Positions 8,872 through 17,643 of a stretch of DNA of 36,414 nucleotides are shown one piece after another. The stretch is from Nitrosomonadales bacterium (lineage in GTDB: Bacteria > Pseudomonadota > Gammaproteobacteria > Burkholderiales > Gallionellaceae): NCBI GenBank assembly GCA_016218465.1, contig JACREA010000084.1, positions 1 through 36,414 on the forward strand, written 5' to 3'. How positions within the stretch are numbered: position 1 is the first letter of the stretch; each line of letters opens with the position of its first letter. Made by a program: the position numbers and the translations under genes. Below the pieces are notes generated by a model. It was not told the DNA's origin. It saw only the letters and a program-made list of their open reading frames with translations, and ran no database searches.

Positions 8872-9654
8872 ATGATACGTTCTTTATGGATTGCCAAAAC
8901 CGGCCTGGACGCGCAGCAAACACAGATGGATGTCATCGCCAATAATCTGGCCAACGTCAGCACCAATGGCTTCAAACGGTCGCGCGCCGTGTTTGAGGAT
9001 TTGTTGTATCAGACCATCCGCCAGCCCGGTGCGCAGTCTTCGCAACAGACGCAACTTCCATCAGGTTTGCAGATTGGCACCGGGGTGCGTCCGGTAGCTG
9101 CCGAACGTATTCATACCCAGGGCAATCTGCAGCAAACCGGCAACCAGCTGGATGTGGCAATTCAGGGGGCAGGCTTTTTCCAGATTCTGATGCCGGATGG
9201 AACGACTGCCTATACCAGGGACGGCTCTTTCCAGAGTGACTCCCAGGGGCAGCTGGTCACTTCCAACGGCTTTGCCATACAACCCGCCCTCACCATTCCG
9301 GCTAACGCCACCAGCGTGACAATTGGACGTGATGGTGTTGTTTCGGTCACACAGCCAGGTGTGGCAGCGCCGGTGCAAGTCGGAAGTTTGCAAGTTGCGA
9401 CGTTCATTAATCCGGCCGGTTTGCAAAGCACAGGCGGAAATCTCTATCAGGAAACCGCATCATCCGGTACGCCCAGCACCAATGTCCCGGGAACGAATGG
9501 CAGCGGCATGTTGAATCAGGGCTATCTGGAAACTTCCAACGTGAATGTTGTGGAAGAAATGGTGAACATGATCCAGACGCAACGTGCTTATGAGATCAAT
9601 TCAAAAGCGATCACGTCATCGGATCAGATGTTGCAAAAATTGTCGCAAATATAG
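8872..9654 (+). CDS. flgG: Distal rod protein FlgG
   Basis: [16 protein letters not shown] and FEDLLYQ motifs; 260 aa. Confidence 0.98.
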   Translation: MIRSLWIAKTGLDAQQTQMDVIANNLANVSTNGFKRSRAVFEDLLYQTIRQPGAQSSQQTQLPSGLQIGTGVRPVAAERIHTQGNLQQTGNQLDVAIQGAGFFQILMPDGTTAYTRDGSFQSDSQGQLVTSNGFAIQPALTIPANATSVTIGRDGVVSVTQPGVAAPVQVGSLQVATFINPAGLQSTGGNLYQETASSGTPSTNVPGTNGSGMLNQGYLETSNVNVVEEMVNMIQTQRAYEINSKAITSSDQMLQKLSQI

Positions 9655-9664
9655 AGAGACGGCT

Positions 9665-10342
9665 ATGAGTAGAGTGATTGCGTCGGTAATTTCAGTGGCA
9701 CTGACTGCGGCGCTTGCCGCCTGTACGCCATCCACCAACATCAAACAACCGTTGACCGCGCGTCCCGAGCCGAAGCCGATGATAGTGCCAACGGGTAACG
9801 GTGCGATTTTTCAGGCGGGTGTGAACGAGCGCCCCATGTTCGAAGACAGACGTGCGCGTAATGTCGGCGACGTGCTTATCATCAACATCGTGGAGACCAC
9901 TTCGGCAGCGGGGAAGTCTGGCAGCAATGCCGACAATAGTGGCAGCATTGCCATGGGTACGCCTAAAATCACCGCTGGTGCGCTCGGGCAAACTATCCAG
10001 ACGCCGTTTGGCGTGACCGGCAGCAGCGCGGTCAAATCCGCCAGCAAGAGCGACAGCTCCGGCAGCAACACGTTTTCCGGCTCCATTACCGTGACGGTGA
10101 CCGAGGTGTTGGCGAACGGCAACCTGCGGGTTGCCGGCGAGAAACAGGTTGCGATCAAACATTCAGAGGAGTATGTGCGTTTCTCCGGCGTGGTGAATCC
10201 CGCCACCATCAGTGGCAGCAACACTGTCCAATCAACGCAAGTGGCGGATGTGCATGTCGAATACAAGGGCGCGCAAAACATCGATACGGCTGCGGTGACC
10301 ACTATGTTCAACCGCTTCTTCTTTTCCATATTGCCGTTCTGA
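9665..10342 (+). CDS. flgH: L-ring lipoprotein FlgH
   Basis: Lipobox LAAC, FEDRRARNVGD and NGNLRVAGEKQ motifs. Confidence 0.96.
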   Translation: MSRVIASVISVALTAALAACTPSTNIKQPLTARPEPKPMIVPTGNGAIFQAGVNERPMFEDRRARNVGDVLIINIVETTSAAGKSGSNADNSGSIAMGTPKITAGALGQTIQTPFGVTGSSAVKSASKSDSSGSNTFSGSITVTVTEVLANGNLRVAGEKQVAIKHSEEYVRFSGVVNPATISGSNTVQSTQVADVHVEYKGAQNIDTAAVTTMFNRFFFSILPF

Positions 10343-10351
10343 GGAGGTCAT

Positions 10352-11452
10352 ATGAAAACCTTGTCCAAATCATTCTTGATCGCATCGTTGATGTGCGTTC
10401 CGTTTGCCGCCTCCGCTGACCGCATAAAAGATATGGCCAGCATACAGGGCGTGCGCGATAACCAGTTGATGGGTTATGGCATCGTGGTCGGACTCGATGG
10501 CAGCGGCGACCAGACCACGCAAACGCCATTCACGGTGCAGAGCATAGTCAGCATGTTGTCGCAAATGGGCGTGAGCCTGCCGCCGGGCACCAGTTTGCAA
10601 CTCAAGAATGTCGCGGCGGTGATGGTGACTGCCACGCTGCGCCCATTTTCCAAGCCGGGACAGACCCTAGACGTGACGGCTTCTTCGATAGGCAATGCCA
10701 AAAGTTTACGCGGCGGGACGTTGTTGATGACTCCGTTGAAAGGCGCGGATGGCCAGGTATATGCCATGGCGCAGGGCAATGTGCTGGTCGGCGGGGTGGG
10801 TGCAGCTTCGGGAGGTGCCTCGGTGCAAGTAAACCATCTGAGCGTCGGGCGCGTGCCGGCCGGCGCGACTGTGGAACGTGCCGTCCCGACGGTATTGGGG
10901 CAAGGCGATTTTATCCATCTGGAATTGAATGCCACGGATTTCACCACCGCTACGCGGATCGTCGAGACTATCAACGGGCAAGTCGCCACAGACCTCGCCT
11001 CGGCCCTTGATGGACGGGTGATACAGGTGCGCGCACCGGCAGGAAATGAGCGTGTTGCATTCATATCCAAAATTGAGAATCTGGAGGTCAATCCGGCGCA
11101 GGGCATTGCCAAGGTGATCATCAATGCGCGCACCGGATCGGTGGTGATGAATCAGGCGGTGATTCTGGATACTTGCGCCGTGGCGCATGGCAATCTGAGC
11201 GTGGTGATCAGCACCGGCAGCGCGGTGAGCCAGCCCGGCGCATTTTCCCAGGGACAGACCGTGCAAACCGACAAGACCACCATAGACGTCAAGGCGGAGA
11301 GGGGCGGTTTGGTGCAACTCTGGAAAGGGGCATCGCTGAGCGCAGTGATCAAGGCGTTGAATTCAATCGGTGCGACCCCGCAGGATTTACTGGCGATTTT
11401 GCAGGCAATGAAGTCGGCCGGGGCGTTGCGTGCGGAACTGGAAATAATCTGA
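10352..11452 (+). CDS. flgI: P-ring protein FlgI
   Basis: RIKDMASIQGVRDNQLMGYGIVVGLDGSGD and AGALRAELEII motifs. Confidence 0.98.
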   Translation: MKTLSKSFLIASLMCVPFAASADRIKDMASIQGVRDNQLMGYGIVVGLDGSGDQTTQTPFTVQSIVSMLSQMGVSLPPGTSLQLKNVAAVMVTATLRPFSKPGQTLDVTASSIGNAKSLRGGTLLMTPLKGADGQVYAMAQGNVLVGGVGAASGGASVQVNHLSVGRVPAGATVERAVPTVLGQGDFIHLELNATDFTTATRIVETINGQVATDLASALDGRVIQVRAPAGNERVAFISKIENLEVNPAQGIAKVIINARTGSVVMNQAVILDTCAVAHGNLSVVISTGSAVSQPGAFSQGQTVQTDKTTIDVKAERGGLVQLWKGASLSAVIKALNSIGATPQDLLAILQAMKSAGALRAELEII

Positions 11453-12306
11453 TGGTTAACCGGCTGGATGCATCAGCAACACTGGTTCTCGATACACAGA
11501 GCCTGGAGCAGTTGCGCGCGCAGGCCAGGCATTCGCCGGATCAGGCGCTCAAAGCGGCTGCGCAACAATTTGAATCAATATTCCTCAATATGATGCTGAA
11601 AAGCATGCGTGATGCCACACCGCAGGATGGCATGTTCGATAGCGAGCAAACCAGGATGTTCACCGGCATGCTGGATCAACAACTGGCGCAAAGCATGTCC
11701 AGCCGGGGTGTGGGTTTGGCTGATGTCATGGTCAAGCAGCTTGGCCGCAGCACGGGTGGGCAAACGGGTAGTGAGGAGCGGCCTTCTCAGTCTTCAGCCC
11801 TCAGCCCTCTGCCCTCTGCGGCTTCGCCGACCGCGCACAACGATAACGTCCAGCATGATTTTATAAACCGTATGCTGCCATATGCCACGCAAGCCAGCCG
11901 GGCAAGCGGTGTGCCGCCGCAACTGATGTTGGGGCAGGCTGCGCTGGAGAGCGGTTGGGGCAGGCGTGAAATCCATATGGCTGACGGCAGTAACAGCTAC
12001 AACCTGTTCGGCATCAAGGCCGGCGCCGGATGGAACGGCAAAGTGGCAGAGGTGATGACTACTGAATATGAGAACGGCGTGGCACATAAGCAGGTCGAGA
12101 AATTCCGTGCTTACTCCTCTTACACCGAGGCATTTCAGGATTATGCCAATATGATCAGCAATAATGCGCGCTATGCAGATGTGTTGCAGCAGGGCGGCGA
12201 CGCAACCGGAATGGCGCAGGCCATACAGAAGGCGGGGTACGCAACCGATCCGGAATATGCCGGGAAGCTGGCGCAAGTCATTGGCCAAATGAACTTGGCA
12301 GGCTAA
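11452..12306 (+). CDS. flgJ: Rod cap / peptidoglycan hydrolase FlgJ
   Basis: AAQQFESIFLNMMLKSMR rod-binding domain, then QAALESGWG, NLFGIKA and GYATDP muramidase motifs. ATG overlaps the flgI stop. Confidence 0.96.
   Translation: MVNRLDASATLVLDTQSLEQLRAQARHSPDQALKAAAQQFESIFLNMMLKSMRDATPQDGMFDSEQTRMFTGMLDQQLAQSMSSRGVGLADVMVKQLGRSTGGQTGSEERPSQSSALSPLPSAASPTAHNDNVQHDFINRMLPYATQASRASGVPPQLMLGQAALESGWGRREIHMADGSNSYNLFGIKAGAGWNGKVAEVMTTEYENGVAHKQVEKFRAYSSYTEAFQDYANMISNNARYADVLQQGGDATGMAQAIQKAGYATDPEYAGKLAQVIGQMNLAG
11787..11820 (+). repeat. In-frame heptamer tract (CTGAGGR family, reverse) in the FlgJ linker
   Basis: TCAGTCT TCAGCCC TCAGCCC TCTGCCC TCTGCG, the same unit as 2676-2706. Confidence 0.65.
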
Positions 12307-12327
12307 CAACCATAAATCCAGCCGTCC

Positions 12328-12354
12328 TAAAGAATTTTTTAGATGTGCCGATAA
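12328..12354 (+). promoter_or_regulatory. Sigma-28 promoter of flgKL
   Basis: Exact consensus TAAA-gaattttttagatgt (15 nt)-GCCGATAA. Confidence 0.92.
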
Positions 12355-12393
12355 CACAACTGAGATAGTGTGTTGGCTAATGAAGGGAATATT

Positions 12394-14319
12394 GTGGCAG
12401 ACTTGTTTACTTCAGCATTAAGTGGCATGAATGCGGCTCAGCTGGGGGTGGCAACCACCGAGCACAATATCGCCAATGCGAGCACCCCCGGATATACGCG
12501 ACAGCAGATTCTGGTCGGCTCGCGTGCCGGGCAGCAGACTGGCGCCGGATTCATCGGGCAAGGGGTTGATGTATCTGGTGTGAAACGGATATACGATGAG
12601 TTTCTGACCACCCAGGTTTTGCAGGAGCAAAACCAGGCCAGTTATCTAAGCACCTACCACACCGCACTCAAACAAATTGACAATTTAGTCGCAGACCCGG
12701 CTGCCGGCGCATCGCCGGCGATGCAGGGGTTTTTTGATGCGCTGAATGGGGTCGCCAATAATCCTGAATCCATTCCCGCGCGTCAAACCTTGCTCGGTAA
12801 TGCGCAGTTCGCCGTGAACAGATTTCAAGCCATCGATCAACGATTGACGGACATAGCCAACGGAATTACTAACCAGATCGCCAATAGCGTCAATACTGTC
12901 AATAGTTATGCCAAGCAGATTGCCACCCTGAATGGCAGCATCAAGCGGGCTATTGCCAATGGTCAGGGGCAGCAGCCCAATGATCTGCTTGATCAGCGTG
13001 ATCAACTGATCAGCAAATTGAACCAGGAAATCAAGACGACCATGCAGCAGAATTCGGATGGGACGGCGGGTGTGTTTATCGGCAGCGGCCAGGCGCTGGT
13101 TATTGATGAGCAGGCGATGCAGTTGCTGACCGTCCAATCAACAAACGATCCAAGCAAAGTGGATGTTGCATATCTGAACAATGGCAAAACCATTTATTTA
13201 CAGCAAAGCGATCTACAGGGCGGCAACATAGGCGCGTATCTTGCCTTCCGGGATCAGAGTCTGGAACCGGCCCGCAATGCGCTTGGACGTGTGGCGCTGG
13301 GGATGGCTGCAAGCGTCAATCAGCAGAACCAGTTGGGGCAGGATTTGAATGGCGTGCTGGGGGGCAACCTCCTCGTTGCCGCTGCGCCGCGCGTCGACAG
13401 GAATACGAACAATAATCCGGCATCGGGAGTTCCATCCGTTACTATCACAAATGTGGCGGGTTTGACGGCCAGTGATTACCGGCTGACGTTCAACGGTGCT
13501 GGTTACACACTGCTGCGCCTGTCGGACAATACGACGACAAGTTACACGAGCTTGCCGCAGACTGTGGATGGCATGACCATAAACGCACCGGTTCCCGTTG
13601 CGGCAGGCGATAGCTTTCTGATACGCCCCACGGCAAATGGTGCGCGTGACATCGCGCTGGCTACCAATGATCCTGCCAAGGTTGCAGCGGCTGCGCCGAT
13701 GCGCGGGACTGCTTCATTGACCAATACCGGAAACGCCAAGATCAGCAGCGGCACGGTTAACGCGCCCCCGCCGCCCAATGCCAACCTCAAGAATAATGTA
13801 ACAGTCACCTTCATTGATGCGACCCATTTCACCGTAACTGACAACAGCACGCTTCCTGTTCCGGCAGTGCTGGTGGCAGCACCTGGAACATTGTATGACC
13901 CGAATGCGGGAGCGACGCTGTCTTTTAACGGCTGGACAACACAAATCACCGGAACACCGGTTGCGGGCGATGTTTTTAACGTTACCTCCAACACCAACGC
14001 TACCGGCGACAACCGCAATGCCTTGTTGCTGGCCAGCTTGCAAACTCAAAACCTGATGGTGAACGGTACGGCCAGTTTGCAGGGGGTGTATGGACAATTA
14101 GTCGGTGAAGTTGGCGCCAAAACTCAAGAGTTGAGCATGACCAGCCTGGCGCAGGAAAACATGGTGGCGCAAACAGTTGCGGCACAACAAGCAGTCTCAG
14201 GTGTGAACCTGGACGAGGAAGCGGCCAACCTGATGCGCTATCAAAAAGCGTATCAAGCTGCGGCAAAGGCGATGCAAATTGCTCAAACCATGTTTGATGC
14301 CATATTGGCCATTAAATAG
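12394..14319 (+). CDS. flgK: Hook-associated protein 1 FlgK
   Basis: HNIANASTPGYTRQ, PNDLLDQRD and VSGVNLDEEAANLMRYQ motifs. GTG at 12394 (alternative start 12370). Confidence 0.97.
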   Translation: MADLFTSALSGMNAAQLGVATTEHNIANASTPGYTRQQILVGSRAGQQTGAGFIGQGVDVSGVKRIYDEFLTTQVLQEQNQASYLSTYHTALKQIDNLVADPAAGASPAMQGFFDALNGVANNPESIPARQTLLGNAQFAVNRFQAIDQRLTDIANGITNQIANSVNTVNSYAKQIATLNGSIKRAIANGQGQQPNDLLDQRDQLISKLNQEIKTTMQQNSDGTAGVFIGSGQALVIDEQAMQLLTVQSTNDPSKVDVAYLNNGKTIYLQQSDLQGGNIGAYLAFRDQSLEPARNALGRVALGMAASVNQQNQLGQDLNGVLGGNLLVAAAPRVDRNTNNNPASGVPSVTITNVAGLTASDYRLTFNGAGYTLLRLSDNTTTSYTSLPQTVDGMTINAPVPVAAGDSFLIRPTANGARDIALATNDPAKVAAAAPMRGTASLTNTGNAKISSGTVNAPPPPNANLKNNVTVTFIDATHFTVTDNSTLPVPAVLVAAPGTLYDPNAGATLSFNGWTTQITGTPVAGDVFNVTSNTNATGDNRNALLLASLQTQNLMVNGTASLQGVYGQLVGEVGAKTQELSMTSLAQENMVAQTVAAQQAVSGVNLDEEAANLMRYQKAYQAAAKAMQIAQTMFDAILAIK

Positions 14320-14334
14320 GAAAGAAAGTACATC

Positions 14335-15537
14335 ATGCGTATCAGCACCAATACGATTTTTGACAGCAATATTGCCGCGCTGAATCAGCAGCAGGCTCGT
14401 TTGTTACAGACCCAGCAACAGATTGCAAGCGGACGCCGGATTTTGACCGCATCGGATGACCCGGTGGCGGCAGCCCGTGCATTGGAAATTAACCAGTCAG
14501 ATGCGATAAATTCGCAATATGCCGCCAACCGCACTGCGGCGCGCCACACACTATCTCTGGCTGAGAGTAGCTTGCAAAGCGTCACTTCTTTATTGCAGGA
14601 TGTGCAGACAGCGACAATAAATGCGGATAATGGCACGCTCAATAGCGGCGACCGCAAGACCATTGCAACCGAGTTGAGCGGCAGGCTGCAGGAATTGATC
14701 GGTTTGGCAAACAGCACGGATGGAGCGGGGAATTATTTGTTTGCCGGGTTTCAGTCCAGGACACAGCCTTTTGTGGATACTGCTGCCGGGGTTGGCTATT
14801 TTGGTGATGACGGGCAGCATAATGTGCAAGTCAGCGCAACGCGGCAAATGGCTGCCAGCGATTCTGGCGCGGACGTGTTCATGCGTGTGAAAAACGGCAA
14901 TGGCACGTTCGTCACCCAGGCTGCGACGACCAATACCGGCACGGGCGTGATCAGTCTCGGATCAGTTACGAATCCCGCCGCGCTGGTGGCGGGAAATTCG
15001 TATACTATTTCCTTCAGTGTTGCGGCTGGCGTTACAAGCTATACGGTGACGGGGGCACCTACTGCACTGGCGCCTGCTATGGCTAACATTCCCTATGTTA
15101 GCGGGCAAGCGATCAGCTTTGATGGTATGCAGTTGGACATTCAAGGCGCACCTGCTAACGGCGATACCTTTACCGTCGCACCCAGCACTAACGAAAGCAT
15201 CTTCAAGACCATCTCAGATTTAATTGCCGCGCTGAATGTCCCGGTGGTTGGCGCAAGCTTGACGGCCAGCTTGAATCGCGGGCTTAATAACCTGGATAAC
15301 GCGTTGAATAATGTCCTGACCGTCCGATCTTCTCTGGGCTTGCGCCTTAATGAGATCGATGCACTGCAGACTACGGGCGACGATTTGGGCTTGCAGTTCA
15401 AGCAGACCCTGTCGCAGTTGCAGGACACCGATTACAACAAGGCAATAAGCGATCTGACTCAGCAGCAAATGGGCTTGCAGGCCGCACAGAAATCTTTCGT
15501 CAAAGTCGCTGATCTTTCCCTGTTCAGCTATCTTTGA
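14335..15537 (+). CDS. flgL: Hook-associated protein 3 FlgL
   Basis: MRISTN, SDDPVAAA, GNYLFAG and LSLFSYL motifs. Confidence 0.97.
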   Translation: MRISTNTIFDSNIAALNQQQARLLQTQQQIASGRRILTASDDPVAAARALEINQSDAINSQYAANRTAARHTLSLAESSLQSVTSLLQDVQTATINADNGTLNSGDRKTIATELSGRLQELIGLANSTDGAGNYLFAGFQSRTQPFVDTAAGVGYFGDDGQHNVQVSATRQMAASDSGADVFMRVKNGNGTFVTQAATTNTGTGVISLGSVTNPAALVAGNSYTISFSVAAGVTSYTVTGAPTALAPAMANIPYVSGQAISFDGMQLDIQGAPANGDTFTVAPSTNESIFKTISDLIAALNVPVVGASLTASLNRGLNNLDNALNNVLTVRSSLGLRLNEIDALQTTGDDLGLQFKQTLSQLQDTDYNKAISDLTQQQMGLQAAQKSFVKVADLSLFSYL

Positions 15538-15602
15538 TTTTCAGAAAATGGGCGAAGATCCCGGTTTCTTTGCCTTGCCTGCAACCGCACTTTGTTGGGA
15601 AA

Positions 15603-16382
15603 TCAGTGTGGCAGCTTCACCAGATTAAGTGCCGTCCCAACTCCCTCCTGGGTAACTCTGTCCAATATTGGAGCGAAGTAGGGTATGGACAATGCCAGCA
15701 CAAAAAATCCGATCGCCAGCGTGATAGGGAAGCCTACTGCGAAAAGGTTGAGTTGCGGCGCGGCGCGGGTGAGTATCCCCAACGCGATATTGGTGATCAA
15801 CAATGCGGCCAGGATTGGCAAAGAAATCTGTAGCGCGTAGGCGAAGATGCTCCCACCCCAACTGACCACACCATAGAATCCCCTGTATGACATCATGCTG
15901 CCAATAGGGAGAGTCTGAAAACTTTCCGCCAGCGTGGAGATCATGTAGAGATGTCCGTTTAGCGCGAGAAAAGCCAATATTGCAATTATGCCCATCCATT
16001 GGGCGATAACTGCAGAATGAGTGGCATTTATCGGGTCATAAAAACTGGCAAATCCCAGCCCCATTTGCAAGCCGGACAACTCACCGGCCATTTCCACCGC
16101 AGTAAAAATCAGGCGCATGGTGAAACCCATCGCCACGCCGATAATGATCTGCTGAATCATTATCAATATTCCCTGCGTAGAGCCAACAGAGACCGGCGGC
16201 ATCTCACCGATGGCCGGGGCGATGAGAATGGCGAGCAGAACAGACAGGCCGATTTTGACGCGCTTTGGGACTTGTTTGTTACCGAGAACAGGTGAGCTGC
16301 CAATCATGGACAGGATGCGCGACAGCGGGAAAATCAGTGTGGCGAGCCAGGCGTCGAGCTGTGCGCTGGTGAGGGTGATCAC
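15603..16382 (-). CDS. fliR: Export gate protein FliR
   Basis: Hydrophobic protein with AGELSGLQMGLGFA and RAAPQLNLFAVGFP. GTG start at 16382. Confidence 0.96.
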   Translation of the reverse strand: MITLTSAQLDAWLATLIFPLSRILSMIGSSPVLGNKQVPKRVKIGLSVLLAILIAPAIGEMPPVSVGSTQGILIMIQQIIIGVAMGFTMRLIFTAVEMAGELSGLQMGLGFASFYDPINATHSAVIAQWMGIIAILAFLALNGHLYMISTLAESFQTLPIGSMMSYRGFYGVVSWGGSIFAYALQISLPILAALLITNIALGILTRAAPQLNLFAVGFPITLAIGFFVLALSIPYFAPILDRVTQEGVGTALNLVKLPH

Positions 16383-16387
16383 GGCGA

Positions 16388-16519
16388 TTCCCTCTCCCCA
16401 ACCCTCTGGGTGAAACACCTAGCCATTCGACTAGGCTGCAAACGACCGCAGCCAAGTCGCTGGTTATCCCGCAAGCGGGCGAGGGAGCAAACGAATCGCT
16501 GCGCGAGTTTCATGTTAAC
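16388..16519 (+). repeat. CCCTCTCCC-family element (A1) interrupted by the 60-bp mini-element
   Basis: TTCCCTCTCCCCAACCCTCT[60 bp]CCCGCAAGCGGGCGAGGGAGCAAACGAATCGCTGCGCGAGTTTCATGTTAAC. Confidence 0.9.
16408..16467 (+). mobile_element. 60-bp hairpin mini-element, copy 1 (putative non-autonomous)
   Basis: GGGTGAAACACCTAGCCATTCGACTAGGCTGCAAACGACCGCAGCCAAGTCGCTGGTTAT, following CCTCT. Confidence 0.8.
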
Positions 16520-16784
16520 CGATCATCCAGGGGATGTTGCCGAATAACCGCTGGATATAATCCACCATCATGTTGACCATCCACGGGCCGGTAAAAATCA
16601 GCACCAGAAAAATCCCCAGCAGTTTTGGAATGAAAGACAATGTCAATTCGTTAATCTGTGTAGCAGCCTGGAAGACGCTTACTACCAGGCCAATGACCAG
16701 CGCGCTGAGCAGCAGCGGGGCGGAAATCATCAACGTCATTTCGACGGCTTGTTGTCCGATGGTGACGACGGTTTCTGGAGTCAT
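16515..16784 (-). CDS. fliQ: Export gate protein FliQ
   Basis: MTPETV start and FQAATQINELTLSFIPK motif; 89 aa. Confidence 0.98.
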   Translation of the reverse strand: MTPETVVTIGQQAVEMTLMISAPLLLSALVIGLVVSVFQAATQINELTLSFIPKLLGIFLVLIFTGPWMVNMMVDYIQRLFGNIPWMIG

Positions 16785-16793
16785 GTATAAATC

Positions 16794-16862
16794 AGTCGTT
16801 AGTCGTTAGTTGGGGTAGTCGCTTCGCGGGGTTTTGGGTTAACTACAAGCTAACGACTAACG
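16794..16862. repeat. Heptamer-armed palindrome (TAGTCGT family), copy 2
   Basis: 13-bp inverted repeat CGTTAGTCGTTAG (16797-16809) / CTAACGACTAACG (16850-16862), with internal CGC-TTC-GCG. Confidence 0.8.
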
Positions 16863-16869
16863 GTTGCCT

Positions 16870-17643
16870 TTAAGTATAAAAACTTTGCGCAAGAGACCCG
16901 ATTATCAGGCTCCAGCCATCAGCCAGCACGAACAGCATGATCTTGAAGGGTAGTGAAATGATTGCTGGCGACACCATCATCATACCCATGGACATCAGCA
17001 CGCTGGCTACCACCATGTCGATAATTAAAAAAGGAATGAATACCACAAAGCCGATCTGGAATGCCGTCTTTAATTCGCTCGTCACATATGCGGGAACGAG
17101 AATGCGCAGCGGCACCTGATCTGCGCTTTGCAATGGCTCGCTGTTCGAGATTTTAACGAACAAGGCGAGGTCCGATTCACGGGTCTGGCGCAGCATGAAA
17201 GTTTTAAGCGGTACGCTGCCTTTCTCTATAGCATACTGGAAGTCGAGTTTATTCTCACTGAAGGGTAAATAGGCGTCGGTGTAGATTTTGTCGAATACCG
17301 GCGACATGACGAAAAACGTGAGAAACAGCGCCAAGCCGGTCAGCACCTGATTGGGCGGCGAAGAGGGTGTGCCGATGGCTGATCGCAGCAGGCTTAACAC
17401 AATGATGATGCGCGTGAATCCGGTCATCATCAGCAACACCGCCGGAAGGAAGCTCAGCGAAGTTAGCAGCAATAGCGTCTGCAGGCTCAGGCTATAGGCC
17501 TGGCCTCCGCCTGGCGATGGCGTACTGGTTAATGCAGGTAATCCCATTTCAGCCCATGCATTCTGGCTGGCGCCGAGCAGCACGATGAGCATTATCCCTG
17601 TATTGAGCGCAGCCGAAGGGAGGAGCGTAAGGCTACGGCGCAT
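16870..17643 (-). CDS. fliP: Export gate protein FliP
   Basis: [28 protein letters not shown] and [14 protein letters not shown] motifs. Confidence 0.98.
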   Translation of the reverse strand: MRRSLTLLPSAALNTGIMLIVLLGASQNAWAEMGLPALTSTPSPGGGQAYSLSLQTLLLLTSLSFLPAVLLMMTGFTRIIIVLSLLRSAIGTPSSPPNQVLTGLALFLTFFVMSPVFDKIYTDAYLPFSENKLDFQYAIEKGSVPLKTFMLRQTRESDLALFVKISNSEPLQSADQVPLRILVPAYVTSELKTAFQIGFVVFIPFLIIDMVVASVLMSMGMMMVSPAIISLPFKIMLFVLADGWSLIIGSLAQSFYT

